A stretch of 64,000 nt of DNA from Chlamydiales bacterium (GTDB lineage: Bacteria > Chlamydiota > Chlamydiia > Chlamydiales > JAAKFR01), in assembly GCA_020831465.1 (NCBI GenBank), contig JAFIGI010000030.1, positions 11,891 to 75,890 on the forward strand, given 5' to 3'. Every line of letters begins with the position of its first letter. Positions within the stretch are counted from its first letter, which is position 1. Positions 47,654-57,204 of this stretch are shown here, in pieces. The position numbers and the translations under genes are program-made. The notes under the pieces were generated by a model. The model was not told the origin of the DNA and did no database searches. It was given only the letters and a program-made list of their open reading frames with translations.

Positions 47654-50347
47654 TTAGCTCTTTTTCACTTTTCCTTTGCTGAAAAGAGATGGGGATATCC
47701 TCTTTCTAAGATCCTCGATTATGAGGATGACTATCGGGGGAATGAGAAGGATCCCCCAATGACGGAAGGTCAAATGCTCTATCTGAAAAGGAATATTTAC
47801 ATAAGGAATGTAGAGGAGCGCTATTTGTGCGGCAAGTGCAATGCAAATAGAATAGATTAAATATCTATTTTTGAAGAGCCCTAGTTTAAAAAGGGGGATT
47901 TCATCGGAACGCATTTGGAGCGCGACCAGCATTTTAAAAATCACAACGGCTGAAAATACCATCGTTCTTGCCAATTCCAAGTTGTAATTGTTGAGCCCCC
48001 AGAGAAATAAAAAGTATATGCTGAAGCCAAGCATAAGAGATAAGTAAAGAATCCTATGTACCATTCCCCTATATAAAAGCCCTACTCTAGGATCTCGTGG
48101 AGGCATTTTCAATTCGTTGCCGATTTTCGGCTCTAATCCTAAGGGAACCGCTAAGATAACTCCTGTCACTAAATTGATCCAAAGAATTTGAAGGGGTAAA
48201 AGCGGAGGGAGGCCGAGGAGTGCAACACAGGAGATCAGGCCTAAAAGTTCTCCAAAGCATGTTGTAAGAAGAAAAGCGGCGACGTTTCTCAACCGGTTAA
48301 AAATGGCCCTTCCCTCTTCTACGGCAGCGACGATGGAGGCAAAATTATCATCGGCCAGAACCATGTCTGAAGATTCTTTCGCCACTTCGGTGCCCATTAT
48401 TCCCATTGCGATGCCGATATCCGCCGCCTCCAGAGCCGGCGCGTCGTTCACTCCATCTCCTGTCATGGCAACGATGTGGCGGAGTTTTTGAAAAGCTTGG
48501 ACAATACGTAATTTATGCTTCGGTTCGATGCGGGCAAAGACTCCAACGGTTTTTATCTTTTTTTCGAGCTCGTCGTCGCTCATTTTGGCCAACTCTTCTC
48601 CGGTTACGGCCTCTTTCGATTCGATTCCCAACTGATCGGCAATTGCTGCTGCTGTCAACTTATTGTCTCCCGTCGCCATCACAACGCGCATTCCCGCTTG
48701 CTTGCACAGTTCTATCGAACGTACTGCCTCTTTTCGTGGGGGGTCGTACATAGCGAAAACCCCCACATAGATCAATTTCTCCTTAAAGTCCTCTTCTTTC
48801 AAATGATCCGTTCCGGAAATCGGCGTATAGGCGACGGCAATCAGGCGGAAGGTCTTTTTGGCCAACGCCTCAAAATCGGCTTTGATTTTCTCCCGCATCG
48901 ACGCATCCAGTTCGACCACTTCGCTTCCCTTTAGATAGGAAGAACTGAAATGGAGCAGCTTCTCCGGCGATCCTTTTACCAGAACAGTTTTTTCATTTTC
49001 AAATAGATGGAGCGTCGCCATGTAGAGGTTTTCGCTTTGAAAAGGAATTTCTCCGATCCTCGGGTGTTCGGTATTGATATGCTCTATGTTGATTTTTGCC
49101 TTGGCTGCTGCGACGAGGAGAGCACCCTCTGTGGGATCGCCTATCACCTCGCAACGCTCTTCGGATTCCTTTGAGATAAGAGCGTCATTGCACAAGCTTC
49201 CAATCACCAGCATTTTTTTAACCGCAAAATCTTCGTTAGGGTCAAAGATTTTTTCTTCTTCGCTAAATTCTCCGGAAATGGAGTTTCCTTCGCCTGAAAG
49301 ATGCGCCCTTTTTTGCGCCGTGTAGAGCTCTCTCACAGTCATTAGATTTTCGGTCAATGTCCCGGTCTTATCGGAGCAAATGATGGTGGTCGATCCCAAC
49401 GTTTCGACTGCCATCATCCTTCGAATCACGGCGTATCTTTTTGCCATAATCGTCATGCCTGTCGCGAGCACAACTGTTACGGCAACAGGAAGTCCCTCCG
49501 GGATGGCTGCCACTGCGGCAGAGACGCTGAGCATGAAAATTTCGATTAAGTCCAAATCGTGATAGAAGCTTATACCGATAAAAATAAGAATGGCGAAAAA
49601 GACGATCAGAAGCATCCAGTTTCCCAGAGTATGGATGCTCTTTTGAAGAGGAGTTTTAACCGGCTTGGTTTCGCCTATCGCTTGTGCGATCTTTCCGATT
49701 TGAGTCTTCATCCCCGTTTCGACGACAAGCGCCGTTCCTTTACCGTAAGCAACGCTTGTTCCGCGAAAAACCATGTTCCTTCTATCGGCTATCGTAAGCG
49801 TTTCATCCATCCTATTCGTGTGCTTTTGAATGGGAAATGATTCTCCTGTTAAGGAAGATTCATTGATCTTAAGATTAGAAACTTCGATTAACCTTGAGTC
49901 TGCGGAAATAAAATCTCCCGATTCAAAGATGATAATGTCGCCCGGAACGACAAGCTCCGATGAAATGACCGCTATTTTCCCATCTCTCCTAACTCTCGAC
50001 TTGGGAGAGGTCATTTTTTTCAGTGCTTCCATCGCCTGAGCCGCTCTCGATTCTTGAAAAAAACCGATCAGGGTCATGATCACGATCGTTCCTGCTAAAA
50101 CGCTGCCGTCCAGTATGTTTCCTACCAAGAATTTGACAAGGGAAGAGAAAACCAGGATATAAACAAGAGGATTGATAAACTGACGGGCAAAAATTTTAAG
50201 GAACGAGGCCTTACCTTTCTCTACGATTTGATTGAGTCCGAATCTTTCCAGCCTTGCTTTTGCTTCCGCTTCAGAGATTCCACCCCGGTTGGATTTCAAT
50301 TCTTCCAAAGCTTCGTCGATAGAATCCGCGTGCCATTTTTTTTCCAT
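47654..50347 (-). CDS. Cation-transporting P-type ATPase (type II, Ca2+/Mg2+-like)
   Basis: 897 aa with LTGES, ICSDKTGTLT and MTGDGVNDAPAL, and a 10-TM layout. Confidence 0.9.
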   Translation of the reverse strand: MEKKWHADSIDEALEELKSNRGGISEAEAKARLERFGLNQIVEKGKASFLKIFARQFINPLVYILVFSSLVKFLVGNILDGSVLAGTIVIMTLIGFFQESRAAQAMEALKKMTSPKSRVRRDGKIAVISSELVVPGDIIIFESGDFISADSRLIEVSNLKINESSLTGESFPIQKHTNRMDETLTIADRRNMVFRGTSVAYGKGTALVVETGMKTQIGKIAQAIGETKPVKTPLQKSIHTLGNWMLLIVFFAILIFIGISFYHDLDLIEIFMLSVSAAVAAIPEGLPVAVTVVLATGMTIMAKRYAVIRRMMAVETLGSTTIICSDKTGTLTENLMTVRELYTAQKRAHLSGEGNSISGEFSEEEKIFDPNEDFAVKKMLVIGSLCNDALISKESEERCEVIGDPTEGALLVAAAKAKINIEHINTEHPRIGEIPFQSENLYMATLHLFENEKTVLVKGSPEKLLHFSSSYLKGSEVVELDASMREKIKADFEALAKKTFRLIAVAYTPISGTDHLKEEDFKEKLIYVGVFAMYDPPRKEAVRSIELCKQAGMRVVMATGDNKLTAAAIADQLGIESKEAVTGEELAKMSDDELEKKIKTVGVFARIEPKHKLRIVQAFQKLRHIVAMTGDGVNDAPALEAADIGIAMGIMGTEVAKESSDMVLADDNFASIVAAVEEGRAIFNRLRNVAAFLLTTCFGELLGLISCVALLGLPPLLPLQILWINLVTGVILAVPLGLEPKIGNELKMPPRDPRVGLLYRGMVHRILYLSLMLGFSIYFLFLWGLNNYNLELARTMVFSAVVIFKMLVALQMRSDEIPLFKLGLFKNRYLIYSICIALAAQIALLYIPYVNIPFQIEHLTFRHWGILLIPPIVILIIEDLRKRISPSLFSKGKVKKS

Positions 50348-50397
50348 GATGAGACTATCTCAATTTTTTTGTATGGTGAGTTAGAATCTACCTATAC

Positions 50398-51720
50398 ATG
50401 ATGCCATCCAAAATCGAAATATTTTATTCCGTCATCTTCTTCTGCGCGGTTGTTCACACCTTTTTAACATCCTATTTTTATTCCCTTCACACAAAGTTTC
50501 AAATCAAGTCGAAGAGAGATTTAAAGAAGGAAAATTTCTACCGGTTGCTTTCGGAAGTTTTTTATTTCCTAAGCGAAATTGAATTGGTTTTCGGCTTTTG
50601 GATTATTCCCTTGATTATTGGCCTTTTATTCGCTTCCAGATTGGAAGGAACCCTTCGATATCTTGAGAGCCGTGACTATACTTACGCGCTATATATGGCG
50701 GTTGTCGTTGCTTTCGCAAGCACTAAGCCGATTATCCTATTTGCGGAAAATATGTTGGAGCGGATCTCCCGTTTAGGAGGGAACAACGCCAAGTCTTGGT
50801 GGTGGACGATACTAACCGTCGGGCCTTTTTTGGATATTTTTTTAAAAGAGCCGGGGGCGATGACCATTGCATCGATTCTTCTGGCAAAAACTTGCTTTAA
50901 TTATATCGAAAGCAGACGCTTCAGCTACGGGACCCTGGCTCTACTTTTCATCAATATTTCGCTGGGAGGCCTTTTTGCACCCCATACATCGCGTTCGCTC
51001 TTTCTAGTCGCACAAGAGGAGAATTGGGACCTGGCCTATACGCTCTTGCGCTTCGGCTGGAAGGCGCTGCTTATTATCTTAGTAAACAACAGTTTTTACT
51101 ACTTACTTTTCAGAAAGGATTTTGCGAAGGATTCTTCGGGAATTTCCGCATTTTTAGAAAAAGAGAAGAGAATCAGTCCGCCGGTATGGCTCACATGTAT
51201 CCATCTTCTCTTCTTTCTGGCAATCATCGTCTCAAGCGAATATCCCCCCGTTTTTTTAGGGGTCTTCTTTCTCTTCCTTGGTGTGCATAGAGTCACCTTT
51301 CATTATCAGGGAGAAGGGCAAGGGCCGTTGCATATCATGCCGGCGATTTTAGTCGGCTTTTTCTTTGCCAGTTTGTTGATCCACGGGGAACTGCAAAGCT
51401 GGTGGGTGACCTATTTACTAGAGAGACTTGACTTTATGAAAGGATTGGCCATTTCAGGCATTCTCTCTGCCTTTATCGACAATGCGGTTGTTCTTTACTT
51501 TTTAGATCAAGTCCAACCCCTTCCGGAAGCAGCCTTGTACGCGATAGTAGCCGGGGCTTTGTCTTCCGGTTCTCTAACTCTGATGGCAAACGGTCCGAAT
51601 TTGATCGGCTATACAAATTTGAAACTATTCTTCGGAGGCACGATTTCGCTGGTCTATCTCTTCTTAGCCGCTTTGCCCCTTACGGTCGTTTCAATCCTGA
51701 TTTTTTGGATTTTCGCCTAG
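50398..51720 (+). CDS. Polytopic membrane protein, possibly DUF1504 / putative Na+/H+ antiporter family
   Basis: 440 aa, about 11 TM. The N-terminal FFCAVVHTF is reminiscent of that family. The family assignment is tentative. Confidence 0.6.
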   Translation: MMPSKIEIFYSVIFFCAVVHTFLTSYFYSLHTKFQIKSKRDLKKENFYRLLSEVFYFLSEIELVFGFWIIPLIIGLLFASRLEGTLRYLESRDYTYALYMAVVVAFASTKPIILFAENMLERISRLGGNNAKSWWWTILTVGPFLDIFLKEPGAMTIASILLAKTCFNYIESRRFSYGTLALLFINISLGGLFAPHTSRSLFLVAQEENWDLAYTLLRFGWKALLIILVNNSFYYLLFRKDFAKDSSGISAFLEKEKRISPPVWLTCIHLLFFLAIIVSSEYPPVFLGVFFLFLGVHRVTFHYQGEGQGPLHIMPAILVGFFFASLLIHGELQSWWVTYLLERLDFMKGLAISGILSAFIDNAVVLYFLDQVQPLPEAALYAIVAGALSSGSLTLMANGPNLIGYTNLKLFFGGTISLVYLFLAALPLTVVSILIFWIFA

Positions 51721-51833
51721 CCCGCATTTCTCACCAGATCTCTAGTTCGTCTGGCCTTTGTGCGTATAGAGAAAGAGGTGGCAGAGAATCAGATAGTTAT
51801 ACACTGAGGAGGCAGAGAGGCTAAAACGCAGAG

Positions 51834-51872
51834 AATCGCCCCTCTTTGAGCCGAGCTCAAAGAGGGGCGATT
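51834..51872 (+). terminator. Rho-independent terminator candidate
   Basis: Perfect 18-bp stem aatcgcccctctttgagc / gctcaaagaggggcgatt with a 3-nt loop, followed by ttttcttcc. It lies 113 nt after the 50398..51720 gene. Confidence 0.75.
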
Positions 51873-51924
51873 TTTCTTCCTCAGCGCCTTGGTGTCTCAG
51901 CTCCCTCTGTGATCGTCAATTTCT

Positions 51925-52392
51925 CTATGACTCTCCAGTTCGGTTGCTTTTTTTTTGCAACGAAGCGACGAGAACGAGAGCGCCTGCTACCAGTATTAAG
52001 TTCTTAAAGATATACTGCCCTTCAAGAGTCAGGCCAAAAGGACAAATCGTAAAACACTCTTCGGGGTCTGTGAATAAAGGAAAAAATGTTCCCGGGATCT
52101 TTAAGAAGAACATCAACAAGGCAAGCCGATTCAACTTCCTGATTGCAAAGAAAATGCCAATCAGGACTTCCCAAATACCCAAGTAGGTAACGAAGTAAGG
52201 AAACTGGAGCCAGCGCGTAGAACGGAAAACGAGTTCGTCGGCTGGACTGATTCCCAATACTTTAAGCCATCCGAACCAAAAGTATATGAGGGCAAACGAA
52301 TAGCGCAGTAAGGGCAGCGAATGCCTTTCTGCCCACCGGCAGATTTTCGCTTCTATTTTGAAGTATTTTTTTAAAATGTTTTTAGTACCCAT
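51925..52392 (-). CDS. Small 4-TM membrane protein (DoxX/DUF417-like)
   Basis: The track ORF 51925..52428 is trimmed to the internal ATG at 52392. Motif LRYSFALIYFWFGWLK. The start still overlaps the upstream gene end by 22 nt. Confidence 0.55.
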   Translation of the reverse strand: MGTKNILKKYFKIEAKICRWAERHSLPLLRYSFALIYFWFGWLKVLGISPADELVFRSTRWLQFPYFVTYLGIWEVLIGIFFAIRKLNRLALLMFFLKIPGTFFPLFTDPEECFTICPFGLTLEGQYIFKNLILVAGALVLVASLQKKSNRTGES

Positions 52393-53243
52393 GCCAAAAC
52401 TGCAATTAGTATTCCTGTTCCTAGGCAAATAAGGGAGAGTAGGAGAACAAGGCCCTTTTCTTTAGCCGTAGGCTTAGGCGTTTCGTGGTGTTTATGGACA
52501 AGATGCGCCTGCTCCATTTCCATCGGCTCTTCTCCCGCTTTGCGTACGGTCATCATCCCGTGTTTGAGGCCGGTTTTGACAAGCCATCTGTTCATCGGGT
52601 AGGCGAGGATCCCTGAGATAATGGTCGCCAAACTGATCTTTCCCCAAAAATGGATGGAGGTAGCAACGGCTGCCGAGGGCTCGAGCAAATTCCAGATGAC
52701 CATCGTGGGAATCATTCCCGTCATGATCATGTTCATCGAGGTAAACTCGGGATAAAACGATCTGCGGAGCGCGTTGAAATAGGAGCCGCCCATCATATCC
52801 TTCATAAAAAGCGCTTGGAAGATGAAGAGGCCGAAAAAGAAGCCCGCTAAGTACTCAATGGTCAATTCGAGAGGCAGGGAGATTGCAAAAAAGGTGATCA
52901 CGATCGCAGCGATGACGATCCCCGTCACATCTCCGGCGAGGCAATGAACCATCGATCCAAGCGATTGTTTCCAAAGCGGTTCGATAAACTTCTCATGGGT
53001 TCCCGGCATCGGCTCCTTGCAGGAAATGAGGTAGAAAAACAAGCCGACAGGTCCCGTATAGAGGGTGACGAGCCACCAGCCGACTTTCATCACCTTAGCC
53101 TCGGGCGTGATCACAAGCAGATCATAAGTCATATAAATCAAGGAGAGTCCGGTCAGGACAAACCAAAAGATTAAAATTCCGTCGATCACTCTTTGCCTCG
53201 CAAAGTAAATTTTGCTATTGTCATCTAGCATGAGTGATGCCAA
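52371..53243 (-). CDS. Integral membrane protein (possibly DUF4396-like)
   Basis: 290 aa, about 6 TM, with MVHCLAGDVTG. The TTG at 53243 or, more likely, the ATG at 53231 is the start. Confidence 0.6.
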   Translation of the reverse strand: MASLMLDDNSKIYFARQRVIDGILIFWFVLTGLSLIYMTYDLLVITPEAKVMKVGWWLVTLYTGPVGLFFYLISCKEPMPGTHEKFIEPLWKQSLGSMVHCLAGDVTGIVIAAIVITFFAISLPLELTIEYLAGFFFGLFIFQALFMKDMMGGSYFNALRRSFYPEFTSMNMIMTGMIPTMVIWNLLEPSAAVATSIHFWGKISLATIISGILAYPMNRWLVKTGLKHGMMTVRKAGEEPMEMEQAHLVHKHHETPKPTAKEKGLVLLLSLICLGTGILIAVLAWVLKTF

Positions 53244-55059
53244 AAACGCTTATCGCGAGCTTTATGATGTAGTCATTCCAGATCTGGATTACTTTATCCG
53301 TCAGATCGACTGCCGCGACGGATGTCCGGTCAATACGGACGGCCGGGGCTACATGCTCGCGATACAGAGGGGAGATCTTCTAGAAGGGTATAAAATTGCC
53401 CGCGGCCCCAACCCCTTCGCTTCGATCTGCGGGATAATTTGCGGCGCTCCCTGCGAAATGGCATGCCGGCGCGACAGGGTCGATAAAACGCTGACGATCC
53501 GCGCTCAGAAACGCTATCTGGACGAGTGGTTCGGCCTCGATAAGGAAGCTCATATTAAATCACTTGAGTATAGTTATTCACGTGGAACGCTCAATCCCCG
53601 CCCTAATGGGCTGCGTGTAGCATGCGTCGGAGCGGGGGTCGCCTCTCTCACCTGCTCTCATGACCTGCTGCGTTTGGGATACCAAGTCGATCTCTATGAG
53701 CAGATGCCCCTTCCGGGAGGGATGCTGGTTTACGGCGTTCCAAATTATCGGTTAAAGAACGCGATTCCCCGAAATGAGTGCTCGGCAATCGAGTATCTTG
53801 GCGCCAAGATCTTTTATAACACGAAAGTTGGACGCGACATCACCCTGACTGAATTGCAGGAGCGGTACGATGCCGTTTTTATCGGGAATGGGCTTTGGAG
53901 ATCGCGCGGCCTTCCCCTTCCCGGTTTCGATGCTCCCGATATCATCCGCGGCGTCGAGTATTTACGTGTCCTTTGCGCCGAAGAGCGATGGAAGATCGGC
54001 AAGCAAGTGGTCGTGGTTGGCGGAGGGAACGTCGCCTTCGACGTCGGCCGCACCTCAGTCCGCAACGGGGCCGAAAAGGTGACGATGGTCTGTTTGGAGT
54101 CGCGCGACGAGCAGACGGCCGACGAGTTCGAGATCGAAGACGGGAGAGAATAGGGGATTGAAATCATTAACCGCGTCGGACCACTCTCGGTTGAGCGGAA
54201 TGCTAAAGGAAAAATCGTAGGATTGAAAGTGCAGCGGATTCGCTCCCTTCTCGATGCCGACGGTAAATTCGCACCCGATTTCATCCCCGACACGGAGTTT
54301 ATCATCCCGTGCGACACGATTGCGCTTGCAATCGGACAGACGATGGACATGAGTCTTTTCGACGGATGGGATAAGCGCGACGAGCTTCAATTCGATCGCG
54401 GCGTCATCAAAACTGAGCGTGAAACAGGGCGTACTTCAGTTAAAAACGTCTACGCCGGGGGAGATGCGGCCTTTGGGGCGGCATTGTTTATTACGGCGAT
54501 CCGCCACGGGCAAAACGCCGCTCGGGCGATTGATGCGGACTTGCGCGGAACCAAGCCCTATCAGGAGTTCGTCGGGATGTTCGCGACGATTCCCCCCATG
54601 CGCGACAAAACCTATTTGCGAACGGAGTGGGGGCTACCAACCCTCCAGCCTGCTGCTGTCCGGGTCCGTAATTTTAACATGGTGGAGAATAATTACACGC
54701 CACAGGAGGTTCAAAGTCAAGCGAGTAGATGCTTGCAATGCCATGTTTCACCGGTTTTCGATGGTTCACTCTGCATCAAGTGCAACGGGTGCGTCGACGT
54801 CTGCCCGACAAACTGTTTGAAGCAGGTCCCCCTTTCCAAGATTAATCTCGACCTAGCTGAAGGGAAGATGCGCCGGGCTGTCGACAATTATTATGGAATC
54901 GATTCGGCGCATATGGACGATGAAGATTTAGATAGAATGGGGTCAGCAATGTTAAAAGATGAAGACCTTTGCATCCGCTGCGGTCTTTGCGCAGAGAAGT
55001 GTCCCACGCAGGCGGTGACGATGGACGCAATGAACTATTCATATCGTTGGATCGGTTAA
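53230..55059 (+). pseudogene. GltD-like NAD(P)H/FAD oxidoreductase fused to a 2x[4Fe-4S] ferredoxin domain, interrupted by one in-frame TAG (54151-54153)
   Basis: Track ORFs 53212..54153 and 54223..55059 are in the same frame. The read-through text is ..ADEFEIEDGRE*GIEIINRVGPLSVERNAKGKIVGLKVQR.. and is colinear with the GltD ..NAREEGVEF.. region, so the TAG sits where Glu (GAG) is expected. N-terminal Cys clusters CRDGCP / CGIICGAPCEMAC. Two Rossmann motifs, VGAGVASL and VVVVGGGNVAFD. C-terminal CLQC..CIKCNGCVDVCP and CIRCGLCAEKCP. Confidence 0.75.
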
Positions 55060-55062
55060 AGG

Positions 55063-55200
55063 ATGGAGATTTTCTGGTTTCTTTTGCTCTCGCTAATCGG
55101 AGGTTTGGCAGGAGTCGCCGTCTTCGTCTATCAAATGCGGAAGGGACAGTTTCAGGATCCTGAGGATCCAAAATACCAAATGTTTAGGGATGAGGAATAA
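55063..55200 (+). CDS. ccoS: cbb3 oxidase maturation protein CcoS/FixS (45 aa, below the ORF-track cutoff)
   Basis: MEIFWFLLLSLIGGLAGVAVFVYQMRKGQFQDPEDPKYQMFRDEE has one TM followed by the K.GQF.D...... motif and an acidic tail, as in CcoS. AAGG lies just upstream, and the gene starts 3 nt after the preceding stop. Confidence 0.7.
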   Translation: MEIFWFLLLSLIGGLAGVAVFVYQMRKGQFQDPEDPKYQMFRDEE

Positions 55201-55362
55201 TGAGGCTATCCAACTATTCGAATAATTTGCTTTTTGAGTCTTTTTCCACATATTTTATAACCGCTTCTTGGCCTACTTGTCTAAGTATGTCCTGCGAAGC
55301 GGTTCTAAAACCTGTGAAAAAATCCAACAAAAATCAAATCACTCGAATAGTGAGATAGCCTC

Positions 55363-55872
55363 ATGCCTAAGTATCGGAACAGCTTGAATGTGGTGAATAA
55401 GGGAAAGGACCCGAAAATTTCGCGCCGCCGCTTTCTTTCCCTTGTGGGGTGGGGAGCGGTCGCCGGCGTCAGTGGCGCTTTAGGGGCAGCCATGCTCGGA
55501 TATCTCTATCCCAACGCGTTGAAGATTCCTCCCAGCCTCTTTTCTCTCGGCCGTCCGGAAGATGTGCTCGCTTCGGAAGGGAGGGTCTTTAATCCGAAGC
55601 AAAAGGTCTTCGTGGAAGTCTCGCGCGGACGTGTCCGCTGCATGACGGCGATTTGCACCCATTTGGGATGCACAGTGAATGCCGTCGAAACCGGCTACAA
55701 ATGTCCCTGCCATGGATCGACCTACGACCTTAGCGGTAATAATACGGGAGGGCCGGCTCCGCTCCCCTTAGTTTATTTTCTAATCTACAAAGGCGCCTCG
55801 GGCGAACTGCTTGTCGACAAGAGCCGTAGGATCGAAATCCCATCGGAGGGGTGGTACTCACCAACTGCATAA
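55363..55872 (+). CDS. Rieske [2Fe-2S] subunit of a cytochrome b complex
   Basis: 169 aa with Tat motif [14 protein letters not shown] and cluster boxes CTHLGCTV and CPCHGSTY. Confidence 0.92.
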   Translation: MPKYRNSLNVVNKGKDPKISRRRFLSLVGWGAVAGVSGALGAAMLGYLYPNALKIPPSLFSLGRPEDVLASEGRVFNPKQKVFVEVSRGRVRCMTAICTHLGCTVNAVETGYKCPCHGSTYDLSGNNTGGPAPLPLVYFLIYKGASGELLVDKSRRIEIPSEGWYSPTA

Positions 55873-57201
55873 ATGGCTAAATTCACAGGAAAAAAGAAGC
55901 CGAGCTTCTTAGAGATGATTGAACATTTTCCGGCCAACTTTCTCCGGTCGATCTTCCGGCACAACTATCCGAATAACGATGTCGACCGTTCCGAGGTTGT
56001 CTTCAAGAACTTCTTCCTTCACATCCATCCCGTGAAGTGCCATAAAGCCGTGCTCGACCCCTTCCATACGCTTGGCCTCGGAACGATCACCGCGTCGCTC
56101 TTTTTCCTTCTGGTGATTACAGGGGTCGTCCTGATGTTCTTCTACATCCCGGCCGTCGACCGGGCCTACACGATTTTAGTCGACTGGCTTGACACCACAC
56201 CCTTCGCCATGATGTGGCGCAATATCCACAGATGGTCGGCGCAGCTGATGGTTCTCTTCGTCTTCTTGCACATGAGCCGCGTCTTTTACATGGGATCCTA
56301 CAAGGGTGAGAGAAAATTCAACTGGGTTGTGGGAGTGATGCTGCTAGTCGTCACTCTTTTGCTCTCGTTTACGGGTTATCTCCTTCCATGGGATCAACTC
56401 GCCTTTTGGGCGATTACCGTAGGGGCCGAGATCGCCGGCTATGTGCCAAGCATTCCGGGTATGCAATACAATATCAACAAACTCATGCTTTTGGGTTCAA
56501 CGACTGTGGGCCAGGATGCTCTGATCCGCTTCTATGTCCTTCATGTCATGGTCCTGCCCCTGCTTGCCGGGACGCTGGTCGGCGTCCATTTCTGGCGGAT
56601 ACGGAAAGATGGCGGACTGGCACGGCCTCCCGATAAATGGCGCCCCGATCCCTACCGGGTTGTGCAACGCTCCGATACGAAAGAGTCGTTTGCTCCCGGC
56701 GTGCGCCGTACCTATGGGTTGATGGAGCTTGTGCGCGGCTCCTGCCCCACTGTCGACAGAGGCCCCGAAAATTATATCTTCACCTGGCCCCATCTCCTGC
56801 GCGCCGAGTTGGCCGTTTTCTTGGGAACGGCTGCGTTGACGATCCTCCTCTCGCTCTTCATCGATGCTCCGCTCGAAGAGATCGCTAACCCTTCCAAGCC
56901 GACCAATCCTGCGAAAGCGCCCTGGTATTTTCTCGGCTTGCAGGAAATGGTTGCCTATAATGCCTTTTGGGGCGGCGTCGCGATTCCCACTTTGATCGTC
57001 GTCGGGTTGGCGCTTATCCCCTATTTCGACCGCAACCCCTATGGGGAGGGAGTCTGGTTCCATAGAACCCGCTATCTGGCGATTTTCCTCTATACTGCCT
57101 TTATGACCTTCCAGGGAATCCTGGTCATTATCGGCGTCTTTTTTCGCGGGCCGAACTGGAGTTGGATTTGGCCTTGGACCGAAAATTTTGCGAGGCATTA
57201 G
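55873..57201 (+). CDS. Cytochrome b (fused b6-like plus subunit IV-like)
   Basis: 442 aa. Helix B His pair is H-x13-H (IHRWSAQLMVLFVFLH). Helix D pair is H-x14-H (HVMVLPLLAGTLVGVH), which is b6-type spacing. A PEWY-equivalent APWYFLGLQE sits in the C-terminal half. GLGTIT replaces the b6 CLGGIT, so there is no haem ci cysteine. Confidence 0.9.
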   Translation: MAKFTGKKKPSFLEMIEHFPANFLRSIFRHNYPNNDVDRSEVVFKNFFLHIHPVKCHKAVLDPFHTLGLGTITASLFFLLVITGVVLMFFYIPAVDRAYTILVDWLDTTPFAMMWRNIHRWSAQLMVLFVFLHMSRVFYMGSYKGERKFNWVVGVMLLVVTLLLSFTGYLLPWDQLAFWAITVGAEIAGYVPSIPGMQYNINKLMLLGSTTVGQDALIRFYVLHVMVLPLLAGTLVGVHFWRIRKDGGLARPPDKWRPDPYRVVQRSDTKESFAPGVRRTYGLMELVRGSCPTVDRGPENYIFTWPHLLRAELAVFLGTAALTILLSLFIDAPLEEIANPSKPTNPAKAPWYFLGLQEMVAYNAFWGGVAIPTLIVVGLALIPYFDRNPYGEGVWFHRTRYLAIFLYTAFMTFQGILVIIGVFFRGPNWSWIWPWTENFARH

Positions 57202-57204
57202 CGT

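Noticed and set aside
51781-51797. ggcagagaatcagatag as a further copy of the palindromic repeat; also tttttcaactgg at ~26197-26208
   Set aside because: Only 10-12 nt match, with an indel, and there is no second arm. This is indistinguishable from chance.
54151-54153. TAG decoded as pyrrolysine, or another programmed recoding
   Set aside because: The aligned position is a conserved Glu one base away (GAG). I saw no downstream PYLIS-like structure and nothing suggesting Pyl machinery. A nonsense mutation or sequencing error is far more parsimonious.
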